Source of the DNA: the human T2T-CHM13v2.0 reference genome, Homo sapiens
Reading direction: 5' to 3' (one strand)
NCBI RefSeq assembly: GCF_009914755.1
Contig: NC_060939.1
Length of the DNA stretch: 64,000 bases
Shown: piece by piece, positions 11,801 to 25,100 of the stretch
Numbering within the stretch: the first letter of the stretch is position 1
Layout: each line of letters begins with the position of its first letter
Notes under the pieces: generated by a model
What the model was told of the DNA's origin: nothing
Seen by the model: the letters and a program-made list of their open reading frames with translations, nothing else
Databases searched by the model: none
Made by a program: the position numbers and the translations under genes

Positions 11801-14800
11801 AACTAGGTGGTGTAAACCTTGTCCAAGCTCTGCCTACAGGGGCGTTTCCACATATCCCTGAACTGATGACAAAGGTGATGTAACTCTTGCCTAGGCTTTG
11901 CCTACAGGGAACATTGGACATATATCTGCACTGATCACCCAGGTGATGCAACTCTTGCCTTGGCTTTGCCTACAGGGGACATCGTGACATATCTCTTCAA
12001 TGATCTCTCATGTGATGCATCTCTTGCCTAGGCTTTGCCTACAGGGGACATTGTGACATATCTCTGCACTGATCTCCCAGGTGCTGTAACTTTAGTCTAG
12101 GCTCTGGCTACACGGCATTGTGACATATCACTGCACTGATCAACCAGGTGATATAACTCTTGTATAGGCTCTGCCTACAGGGGGATTGTGACCTACCTCT
12201 GCACTGATCACCCAGGTGATATAACTCTTCTCTAGGATCTTCCTACAGTGTACTTTGTGACATATCCCTGCACTGATCACCCAGGTGATCTATCTCTGGT
12301 CTAAGCTCTGCCTAAAGGGGCATTGTGACAGATCTCTGCACTGATCACTCAGGTGATGTAAGTATTGTCTAGGCTCTGCTTCAAGGGGCCTTGTCACATA
12401 TCTCTGCACTGATCACCCAGGTGATGTAACTCTTGTCTAGGCTCTGCTTCCAGGGCATATTGTGACATATCTATGCACTGATCACCTTAGTGATGTAACA
12501 CTTTGGTAGGCTCGGCCTACACGGGAATCTTGACATATATCTGCACTGTTAACCGAGGTGATTTAACTCTTGTCTAGGCTGTGCCCACAGGGGGATTGAG
12601 ACATATCTCTGCACTGATCCCGAGGTGATACAACTCTTGCCTGGTCTCTGCCTACTGTGGACATTGTGACATATCTCTGCACTGATCTCTCAGGTGCTGT
12701 AACTTTAGTCTAGGCTCTGGCTACACGGCATTGTGACATATCACTGCACTGATCACCCAGGCGATATAACTCTTCTCTAGGATCTGACCACAGGGTGCTT
12801 TGTGACATATCCCTGCAATGATCACCCAGGTGATATACCACTTGCCAAGGCTCTGCCTACAGGGGCATTGCAATGTATCTCTGCACTGATCACCTAGGTC
12901 TTGTAGCTATTTTCTAGGATCTGCCTACAGGGTGCTTTGTGACGTGTCCCAGCAAGGATTACCCAGGTGATGTACCTCTCATCAAGGCTCTGCCTACAGG
13001 CACATTTTGATGTATCTCTGCACTGATCACCTAGGTCATGTAACTTTTTTCTAGGCTCTACCTACGATGGCATTGTGACATATCTCTGCACTAATCATCC
13101 AAGTGATGTAACTCTTGTCTAGGATGTGCCTAAATTAACTTTTTGACATAACCCTGTACTGATCATCCAGGTGATGGAGCTTTTGCCTAGGCTCTGCCTA
13201 AGGGGGCATTGTGACATATTTCTGCATTGATCACCCAGGTGGCGAACTCTTCTCTCGGATCTGCCTATGGGGGCATTGTTAGAAATCTCTGCACTGATCA
13301 CTCAGGTGATGTAACTGTTGTGTAACCTCTGCCTACAGGGGAATTGTGAGAGATCTCGTCAATGATTACCCAAGGGATGTAACCGTTTTCTAGGCTTTGC
13401 ATACAGGGGGCTTTGTGACATACCTTTGCACTGATCACCCAGGTGATGTAACACATCTAAGTTCGGCCTAAAGGAGCTTTGTGACATATCTCTGCACTGA
13501 TCACTTAGGTGATGTAACACTTTTATAATCACTGCCTACAGGGAATTTTGACAAATCTCTGCACTGATCACCTAGGTGATGTAACTCTTGTCTACCCTCT
13601 GTCCAACGGGGCATTGTGAAATATCTCTGCACTGATCACCCAGGTGATTCAACTCCTGACTAGGAACTGCCTACAGAGGTTATTGTGAAATATCTCTGCA
13701 CTGATAAACTAGGTGGTGTAACCCTTGTCCAAGCTCTGCCTACAGGGGCGTTTCCACATATCCCTGAACTGATGACAGAGGTGATGTAACTCTTGCCTAG
13801 GCTTTGCCTACAGGGAACATTGGACATATATCTGCACTGATCACCCAGGTGATGCAACTCTTGCCTAGGCTTTGCCTACAGGGGACATTGTGACATATCT
13901 CTTCAATGATCACTCATGTGATGCATCTCTTGCCTAGGCTTTGCCTACAGGGGACATTGTGACATATCTCTGCACTGATTTCCCAGGTGTTGTAACTTTA
14001 GTCTAGGCTCTGGCTACACGGCATTGTGACATATCACTGCACTGATCAACCAGGTGATATAACTCTTGTATAGGCTCTGCCTACAGGGGGATTTTGACCT
14101 ACCTCTGCACTGATCACCCAGGTGATATAACTCTTCTCTAGGATCTTCCTACAGGGTACTTTGTGACATATTCCTGCACTGATCACCCAGGTGATCTATC
14201 TCTGGTCTAAGCTCTGCCTAAAGGGGCATTGTGACAGATCTCTGCACTGATCACTCTGGTGATGTAAGTATTGTCTAGGCTCTGCTTCAAGGGGCCTTGT
14301 CACATATCTCTGCACTGATCACCCAGGTGATGTAACTCTTGTCTAGGCTCTGCTTCCAGGGCATATTGTGACATATCTATGCACTGATCACCTTAGTGAT
14401 GTAACACTTTGGTAGGCTCGGCCTACAGGGGAATCTTGACATATCTCTGCACTGTTAACCGAGGTGATTTAACTCTTGTCTAGGCTGTGCCCACAGGGGG
14501 ATTGAGACATATCTCTGCACTGATCCCGAGGTGATACAACTCTTGCCTGGTCTCTGCCTACTGTGGACATTGTGACATATCTCTGCACTGATCTCCCAGG
14601 TGCTGTAACTTTAGTCTAGGCTCTGGCTACACGGCATTGTGACATATCACTGCACTGATCACCCAGGCGATATAACTCTTCTCTAAGATCTGACCACAGG
14701 GTGCTTTGTGACATATCCCTGCAATGATCACTCAGGTGATATACCACTTGCCAAGCTTCTGCCTACAGGGGCATTGCAATGTATCTCTGCACTGATCACC

Positions 14801-17800
14801 TAGGTCTTGTAGCTATTTTCTAGGATCTGCCTACAGGGTGCTTTGTGACGTGTCCCAGCAAGGATTACCCAGGTGATGTACCTCTCATCAAGGCTCTGCC
14901 TACAGGCACATTGTGATGTATCTCTGCACTGATCACCTAGGTCATGTAATTTTTTTATAGGCTCTACCTACGATGGCATTGTGACATATCTCTGCACTAA
15001 TCATCCAAGTGATGTAAATCTGGTCTAGGATGTGTATAAATTAACTTTTTGACATAACCCTGTACTGATCATCCAGGTGATGGAGCTTTTGTCTAGGCTC
15101 TGCCTAAGGGGGCATTGTGACATATTTCTGCATTGATCCCGCAGGCGGCGAACTCTTCTCTCGGATCTGCCTATGGGGGCATTGTGAGAAATCTCTGCAC
15201 TGATAACCCAGGTGATGTAACTGTTGTGTAACCTCTGCCTACAGGGGAATTGTGAGAGATCTCGTCACTGATTACCCAAGTGATGTAACCGTTGTCTAGG
15301 CTTTGCATACAAGGGGCTTTGTGACATACCTTTGCACTGATCACCCAGGTGATGTAACACATCTCAGTTCGGCCTAAAGGAGCTTTGTGACATATCTCTG
15401 CACTGATCACTTAGGTGATGTAACACTTTTATAATCACTTCCTACAGGGAATTTTGACAAATCTCTGCTCTGATCACCTAGGTGATGTAACTCTTGTCTA
15501 CCCTCTGTCCAACGGGGCATTGTGAAATATCTCTGCACTGATCACCCAGGTGATTCAACTCTTGACTAGGAACTGCCTACAGAGGTTATTGTGAAATATC
15601 TCTGCACTGATCAACAGGGTGGTGTAAACCTTGTCCAAGCGCTGCCTACAGGGGCGTTTCCACATATCCCTGAACTGATGACAAAGGTGATGTAACTCTT
15701 GCCTAGGCTTTGCCAACAGGGAACATTGGACATATATCTGCACTGATCACCCAGGTGATGCAACTCTTGCCTTGGCTTTGCCTACAGGGGACATCGTGAC
15801 ATATCTCTTCAATGATCTCTCATGTGATGCATCTCTTGCCTAGGCTTTGCCTACAGGGGACATTGTGACATATCTCTGCACTGATCTCCCAGGTGCTGTA
15901 ACTTTAGTCTAGGCTCTGGCTACACGGCATTGTGACATATCACTGCACTGATCAACCAGGTGATATAACTCTTGTATAGGCTCTGCCTACAGGGGGATTG
16001 TGACCTACCTCTGCACTGATCACCCAGGTGATATAACTCTTCTCTAGGATCTGCCTACAGGGTACTTTGTGACATATCCCTGCACTGATCACCCAGGTGA
16101 TCTAACTCTGGTCTAAGCTCTGCCTAAAGGGGCATTGTGACAGATCTCTGCACTGATCACTCTGGTGATGTAAGTATTTTCTAGGCTCTGCTTCAAGGGA
16201 CCTTGTCATATATCTCTGCACTGATCACCCAGGTGATGTAACTCTTGTCTAGGCTCTGCTTCCAGGGCATATTGTGACATATCTATGCACTGATCACCTT
16301 AGTGATGTAACACTTTGGTAGGCTCGGCCTACAGGGGAATCTTGACATATCTCTGCACTGTTAACCGAGGTGATTTAACTCTTGTCTAGGCTGTGCCCAC
16401 AGGGGGATTGAGACATATCTCTGCACTGATCCCGAGGTGATACAACTCTTGCCTGGTCTCTGCCTACTGTGGACATTGTGACATATCTCTGCACTGATCT
16501 CCCAGGTGCTGTAACTTCAGTCTAGGCTCTGGCTACACGGCATTGTGACATATCACTGCACTGATCACCCAGGCGATATAACTCTTCTCTAGGATCTGAC
16601 CACAGGGTGCTTTGTGACATATCACTGCAATGATCACCCAGGTGATATGCCACTTGCCAAGGCTCTGCCTACAGGGGCATTGCAATGTATCTCTGCACTG
16701 ACCACCTAGGTCTTGTAGCAATTTTCTAGGATCTGCATACAGGGTGCTTTGTGACGTGTCCCAGCAAGGATTACCCAGGTGATGTACCTCTCATCAAGGC
16801 TCTGCCTACAGGCACATTGTGATGTATCTCTGCACTGATCACCTAGGTCATGTAAATTTTGTCTAGGCTCTACCTACGGTGGCATTGTGACATATCTCTG
16901 CACTAATCATCCAAGTGATGTAACTCTTGTGTAGGATGTGCCGAAATTAACTTTTTGACATAACCCTGTACTGATCATCCAGGTGATGGAGCTTTTGTCT
17001 AGGCTCTGCCTAAGGGGGCATTGTGACATATTTCTGCATTGATCACCCAGGTGGCGAACTCTTCTCTCGGATCTGCCTATGGGGGCATTGTGAGAAATCT
17101 CTGCACTGATCACCCAGGTGATGTAACTGTTGTGTAACCTCTGCCTACAGGGGAATGGTGAGAGATCTCGTCACTGATTACCCAAGTGATGTAACCGTTG
17201 TCTAGGCTTTGCATACAGGGGGCTTTGTGACATACCTTTGCACTGATCACCCAGGTGATGTAACACATCTAAGTTCGGCCTAAAGGAGCTTTGTGACATA
17301 TCTCTGCACTGATCGCTTAGGTGATGTAACACTTTTATAATCACTGCCTACAGGGAATTTTGACAAATCCCTGCACTGATCACCTAGGTGATGTAACTCC
17401 TGTCTACCCTCTGTCCAACGGGGCATTGTGAAATACCTCTGCAGTGATCACCCAGGTGATTCAACTCTTGACTAGGAACTGGCTACAGAGGTTATTGTGA
17501 AATATCTCTGCACTGATAAACTAGGTGGTGTAAACCTTGTCCAAGCTCTGCCTACAGGGGCGTTTCCACATATCCCTGAACTGATGACAAAGGTGATGTA
17601 ACTCTTGCCTAGGCTTTGCCTACAGGGAACATTGGACATATATCTGCACTGATCACCCAGGTGATGCAACTCTTGCCTTGGCTTTGCCTACAGGGGACAT
17701 CGTGACATATCTCTTCAATGATCTCTCATGTGATGCATCTCTTGCCTAGGCTTTGCCTACAGGGGACATTGTGACATATCTCTGCACTGATCTCCCAGGT

Positions 17801-17850
17801 GCTGTAACTTTAGTCTAGGCTCTGGCTACACGGCATTGTGACATATCACT
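6400..17850 (+). repeat. Super-HOR: tandem duplication of a 3-HOR block, period 5718 bp
   Basis: Private variants recur at +5718: AAGCTT at 9035/14753, TGTGTATAAA, GATCCCGCAGGCGGCG, GATCAACAGGG. ORF pairs 9837/15555, 10815/16533, 11189/16907 and 11754/17472 show the same offset. Boundaries are approximate. Confidence 0.85.
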
Positions 17851-20800
17851 GCACTGATCAACCAGGTGATATAACTCTTGTATAGGCTCTGCCTACAGGG
17901 GGATTGTGAGCTACCTCTGCACTGATCACCCAGGTGATATAACTCTTCTCTAGGATCTGCCTACAGGGTACTTTGTGACATATCCCTGCACTGATCACCC
18001 AGGTGATCTAACTCTGGTCTAAGCTCTGCCTAAAGGGGCATTGTGACAGATCTCTGCACTGATCACTCTGGTGATGTAAGTATTGTCTAGGCTCTGCTTC
18101 AAGGGGCCTTGTCACATATCTCTGCACTGATCACCCAGGTGATGTAACTCTTGTCTAGGCTCTGCTTCCAGGGCATATTGTGACATATCTATGCACTGAT
18201 CACCTTAGTGATGTAACACTTTGGTAGGCTCGGCCTACAGGGGAATCTTGACATATCTCTGCACTGTTAACCGAGGTGATTTAACTCTTGTCTAGGCTGT
18301 GCCCACAGGGGGATTGAGACATATCTCTGCAATGATCCCGAGGTGATACAACTCTTGCCTGGTCTCTGCCTACTGTGGACATTGTGACATATCTCTGCAC
18401 TGATCTCCCAGGTGCTGTAACTTTAGTCTAGGCTCTGGCTACACGGCATTGTGACATATCACTGCACCGATCACCCAGGCGATATAACTCTTCTCTAGGA
18501 TCTGACCACAGGGTGCTTTGTGACATATCAATGCAATGATCACCCAGGTGATATACCACTTGCCAAGGCTCTGCCTACAGGGGCATTGCAATGTATCTCT
18601 GCACTGATCACCTAGGTCTTGTAGCAATTTTCTAGGATCTGCATACAGGGTGCTTTGTGACGAGTCCCAGCAAGGATTACCCAGGTGACGTACCTCTCAT
18701 AAAGGCTCTGCCTACAGGCACATTGTGATGTATCTCTGCACTGATCACTTAGGTCATGTAACTTTTTTCTAGGCTCTACCTACGATGGCATTGTGACATA
18801 TCTCTGCACTAATCATCCAAGTGATGTAACTCTTGTCTAGGATGTGCCTAAATTAACTTTTTGACGTAACCCTGTACTGATCATCTAGGTGATGGAGCTT
18901 TTGTCTAGGCTCTGCCTAAGGGGGCATTGTGACATATTTCTGCATTGATCCCCCAGGTGGCGAACTCTTCTCTCGGATCTGCCTATGGGGGCATTGTGAG
19001 AAATCTCTGCACTGATCACCCAGGTGATGTAACTGTTGTGTAACCTCTTCCTACAGGGGAATTGTGAGAGATCTCGTCACTGATTACCCAAGTGATGTAA
19101 CCGTTGTCTAGGCTTTGCGTACAAGGGGCTTTGTGACATACCTTTGCACTGATCACCCAGGTGATGTAACACATCTAAGTTCGGCCTAAAGGAGCTTTGT
19201 GACATATCTCTGCACTGATCGCTTAGATGATGTAACACTTTTATAATCACTGCCTACAGGGAATTTTGACAAATCCCTGCACTGATCACCTAGGTGATGT
19301 AACTCCTGTCTACCCTCTGTCCAACGGGGCATTGTGAAATACCTCTGCACTGATCACCCAGGTGATTCAACTCTTGACTAGGAACTGGCTACAGAGGTTA
19401 TTGTGAAATATCTCTGCACTGATAAACTAGGTGGTGTAAAACTTGTCCAAGCTCTGCCTACAGGGGCGTTTCCACATATCCCTGAACTGATGACAAAGGT
19501 GATGTAACTCTTGCCTAGGCTTTGCCTACAGGGAACATTGGACATATATCTGCACTGATCACCCAGGTGATGCAACTCTTGCCTTGGCTTTGCCTACAGG
19601 GGACATCGTGACATATCTCTTCAATGATCTCTCATGTGATGCATCTCTTGCCTAGGCTTTGCCTACAGGGGACATTGTGACATATCTCTGCACTGATCTC
19701 CCACGTGCTGTAACTTTAGTCTAGGCTCTGGCTACACGGCTTTGTGACATATCACTGCACTGATCAACCAGGTGATATAACTCTTGTATAGGCTCTGCCT
19801 ACATGGGGATTGTGACGTAACTCTGCACTGATCACCCAGGTGATATAACTCTTCTCTAGGATCTGCCTACAGGGTACTTTGTGACATATCCCTGCACTGA
19901 TCACCCAGGTGATCTAACTCTGGTCTAAGCTCTGCCTAAAGGGGCATTGTGACAGATCTCTGCACTGATCCCTCTGGTGATGTAAGTATTGTCTAGGCTC
20001 TGCTTCAAGGGGCCTTGTCACATATCTCTGCACTGATCACCCAGGTGATGTAACTCTTGTCTAGGCTCTGCTTCCAGGGCATATTGTGACATATCTATGC
20101 ACTGATCACCTTAGTGATGTAACACTTTGGTAGCCTCGGCCTACAGGGGAATCTTGACATATCTCTGCACTGTTAACCGAGGTGATTTAACTCTTTTCTA
20201 GGCTGTGCCCACAGGGGGATTGAGACATATCTCTGCACTGATCCCGAGGTGATACAACTCTTGCCTGGTCTCTGCCTACTGTGGACATTGTGACATATCT
20301 CTGCAATGATCTCCCAGGTGCTGTAACTTTAGTCTAGGCTCTGGCTACACGGCATTGTGACATATCACTACACTGATCACCCAGGCGATATAACTCTTTT
20401 TTGGATCTGACCACAGGGTGCTTTGTGACATATCCCTGCAATGATCACCCAGGTGATATACCACTTGCCAAGGCTCTGCTTACAGGGGCATTGCAATGTA
20501 TCTCTGCACTGATCACCTAGGTCTTGTAGCTATTTTCTAGGATCTGCCTACAGGGTGCTTTGTGACGTGTCCCAGCAAGGATTACCCAGGAGACGTACCT
20601 CTCATCAAGACTCTGTCTACAGGCACATTGTGATGTATCTCTGCACTGATCACATAGGTCATGTAACTTTTTTCTAGGCTCTACCTACGATGGCATTGTG
20701 ACATATCTCTGCACTAATCATCCAAGTGATGTAACTCTTGTCTAGGATGTGCCTAAATTAACTTTTTGACATAACCATGTACTGATCATCCAGGTGATGG

Positions 20801-22149
20801 AGCTTTTGTCTAGGCTCTGCCTAAGGGGGCATTGTGACATATTTCTGCATTGATCACCCAGGTGGCGAACTCTTCTCTCGGATCTGCCTATGGGGGCATT
20901 GTGAGAAATCTCTGCACTGATCACCCAGGTGATGTAACTGTTGTGTAACCTCTGCCTACAGGGGAATTGTGAGAGATCTCGTCACTGATTACCCAAGTGA
21001 TGTAACCGTTGTCTAGGCTTTGCGTACAAGGGGCTTTGTGACATACCTTTGCACTGATCACCCAGGTGATGTAACACATCTAATTTCGGCCTAAAGGAGC
21101 TTTGTGACATATCTCTGCACTGATCACTTAGGTGATGTAACACTTTTATAATCACTGCCTACAAGGAATTTTGACAAATCTCTGCACTGATCACCTAGGT
21201 GATGTAACTCTTGTCTACCCTCTGTCCAACGGGGCATTGTGAAATATCTCTGCACTGATCACCCAGGTGATTCAACTCTTGACTAGGAACTGCCTACAGA
21301 GGTTATTGTGAAATACCTCTGCACTGATAAACTAGGTGGTGTAACCCTTGTCCAAGCTCTGCCTACAGGGGCGTTTCCACATATCCCTGAACTGATGACA
21401 AAAGTGATGTAACTCTTGCCTAGGCTTTGCCTACAGGGAACATTGGACATATATCTGCACTGATCACCCAGGTGATGCAACTCTTGCCATGGCTTTGCCT
21501 ACAGGGGACATCGTGACATATCTCTTCAATGATCTCTCATGTGATGCATCTCTTGCCTAGGCTTAGCCTACAGGGGACATTGTGACATATCTCTGCAATG
21601 ATCTCCCAGGTGCTGTAACTTTAGTCTAGGCTCTGGCTACACGGCATTGTGACATATCACTGCACTGATCAACCAGGTGATATAACTCTTGTATAGGCTC
21701 TGCCTACAGGGGGATTGTGACCTACCTCTGCACTGATCACCCAGGTGATATAACTCTTCTCTAGGATCTGCCTACAGGGTACTTTGTGACATATCCCTGC
21801 ACTGATCACCCAGGTGATCTAACTCTGGTCTAAGCTCTGCCTAAAGGGGCATTGTGAGAGATCTCTGCACTGATCACTCTGGTGATGTAAGTATTTTCTA
21901 GGCTCTGCTTCAAGGGGCCTTGTCACATATCTCTGCACTGATCACCCAGGTGATGTAACTCTTGTCTAGGCTCTGCTTCCAGGGCATATTGTGACATATC
22001 TATGCACTGATCACCTTAGTGATGTAACACTTTGGTAGGCTCGGCCTACAGGGGAATCTTGACATATCTCTGCACTGTTAACCGAGGTGATTTAACTCTT
22101 GTCTAGGCTGTGCCCACAGGGGGATTGAGACATATCTCTGCACTGATCC

Positions 22150-25100
22150 CGAGGTGATACAACTCTTGCCTGGTCTCTGCCTACTGTGGACATTGAGACA
22201 TATCTCTGCACTGATCTCCCAGGTGCTGTAACTTTAGTCTAGGCTCTGGCTACACGGCATTGTGACATATCACTGCACTGATCACACAGGCGATATAACT
22301 CTTCTCTAGGATCTGACCACAGGGTGCTTTGTGACATCCCCCTACAATGATCACCCAGGTGATATACCACTTGCCAAGGCTCTGCCTACAGGGGCATTGC
22401 AATGTATCTCTGCACTGATCACCTAGGTCTTGTAGCTATTTTCTAGGATCTGCCTACAGGGTGCTTTGTGACGTGTCCCAGCAAGGATTACCCAGGTGAT
22501 GTACCTCTCATCAAGGCTCTGCCTACAGGCACATTGTGATGTATCTCTGCACTGATCACCTAGGTCATGTAACTTTTTCCTAGGCTCTACCTACGATGGC
22601 ATTGTGACATATCTCTGCACTAATCATCCAAGTGATGTAACACTTGTCTAGGATGTGCCTAAATTAACTTTTTGACATAACCCTGTACTGATCATCCAGG
22701 TGATGGGGCTTTTGTCTAGGCTCTGCCTAAGGGGGCATTGTGACATATTTCTGCATTGATCACCCAGGTGGCGAACTCTTCTCTCGGATCTGCCTATGGG
22801 GGCATTGTGAGAAATCTCTGCACTGATCACCCAGGTGATGTAACTGTTGTGTAACCTCTGCCTACAGGGGAATTGTGAGAGATCTCGGCAATGATTACCC
22901 AAGGGATGTAACCGATGTCTAGGCTTTGCATACAGGGGGCTTTGTGACATACCTTTGCACTGATCACCCAGGTGATGTAACACATCTAAGTTCGGCCTAA
23001 AGGAGCTTTGTGACATATCTCTGCACTGATCACTTAGGTGATGTAACACTTTTATAATCACTGCCTACAGGGAATTTTGACAAATCTCTGCACTGATCAC
23101 CTAGGTGATGTAACACTTGTCTACCCTCTGTCCAACGGGGCATTGTGAAATATCTCTGCACTGATCACCCAGGTGATTCAACTCTTGACTAGGAACTGCC
23201 TACAGAGGTTATTGTGAAATATCTCTGCACTGATAAACTAGGTGGTGTAAACCTTGTCCAAACTCTGCTACAGGGGCGTTTCCACATATCCCTGAAGTGA
23301 TGACAAAGGTGATGTAACTCTTGCCTAGGCTTTGCCTACAGGGAACATTGGACATATATCTGCACTGATCACCCAGGTGATGCAACTCTTGCCTTGGCTT
23401 TGCCTACAGGGGACATCGTGACATATCTCTTCAATGATCTCTCATGTGATGCATCTCTTGCCTAGGCTTTGCCTACAGGGGACATTGTGACATATCTCTG
23501 CACTGATCTCCCAGGTGCTGTAACTTTAGTCTAGGCTCTGGCTACACGGCATTGTGACATATCACTGCACTGATCAACCAGGTGATATAACTCTTGTATA
23601 GGCTCGGCCTACAGGGGGATTGTGACCTACCTCTGCATTGATCACCCAGGTGATATAACTCTTCTCTAGGATCTGCTTACAGGGTACTTTGTGACATATC
23701 CCTGCACTGATCACCCAGGTGATCTAACTCTGGTCTAAGCTCTGCCTAAACGGGCATTGTGACAGATCTCTGCACTGATAACTCTGGTGATGTAAGTATT
23801 TTCTAGGCTCTGCTTCAAGGGGCCTTGTCACATATTTCTGCACTGATCACCCAGGTGATGTAACTCTTGTCTAGGCTCTGCTTCCAGGGCATATTGTGAC
23901 ATATCTATGCACTGATCACCTTAGTGATGTAACACTTTGGTAGGCTCGGCCTACAGGGGAATCTTGACATATCTCTGCACTGTTAACCGAGGTGATTTAA
24001 CTCTTCTCTAGGCTGTGCCCACAGGGGGATTGAGACATATCTCTGCACTGATCCCCAGGTGATACAACTCTTGCCTGGTCTCTGCCTACTGTGGACATTG
24101 TGACATATCTCTGCACTGATCTCCCAGGTGCTGTAACTTTAGTCTAGGCTCTGGCTACACGGCATTGTGACATATCACTGCACTGATCACCCAGGAGATA
24201 TAACTCTTCTCTAGGATCTTACCACAGGGTGCTTTGTGACATATCCCTGCAATGATCACCCAGGTGATATACCACTTGCCAAGGCTCTGCCTACAGGGGC
24301 TTTGCAATGTATCTCTGCACTGATCACCTAGGTCTTGTAGCTATTTTCTAGGATCTGTCTACAGGGTGCTTTGTGACGTGTCCCAGCAAGGATTACCCAG
24401 GTGATGTACCTCTCATCAAGGCTCTGCCTACAGGCACATTGTGATGTATCTCTGCACTGATCACCTAGGTCATTTAACTTTTTTCTAGGCTCTACCTACG
24501 ATGGCATTGTGACATATCTCTGCACTAATCATCCAAGTGATGTAACTCTTGTCTAGGATGTGCCTAAATTAACTTTTTGACATAACCCTGTACTGATCAT
24601 CCAGGTGATGGAGCTTTTGTCTAGGCTCTGCCTAAGGGGGCATTGTGACATATTTCTGCATTGATCACCCAGGTGGCGAACTCTTCTCTCGGATCTGCCT
24701 ATGGGGGCATTGTGAGAAATCTCTGCACTGATAACCCAGGTGATGTAACTGTTGTGTAACCTCTGCCTACAGGGGAATTGTGAGAGATCTCGTCACTGAT
24801 TACCCAAGTGATGTAACCGTTGTCTAGGCTTTGCATACAGGGGGCTTTGTGACATACATTTGCACTGATCACCCAGGTGATGTAACACATCTAAGTTCGG
24901 CCTAAAGGAGCTTTGTGACATATCTCTGCACTGATCACTTAGGTGATGTAACACTTTTATAATCACTGCCTACAGGGAATTTTGAGAAATCTCTGCACTG
25001 ATCACCTAGGTGATGTAACTCTTGTCTACAATCTGTGCAACGGGGACTTGTGAAATATCTCTGCACTGATCACCCAGGTGATTCAACTCTTGACTAGGAA

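Noticed and set aside
22648-23061. Longest ORFs (137 aa; also 36330-36743)
   Set aside because: Chance read-through across about six monomers after point changes removed stops; not maintained in other copies.
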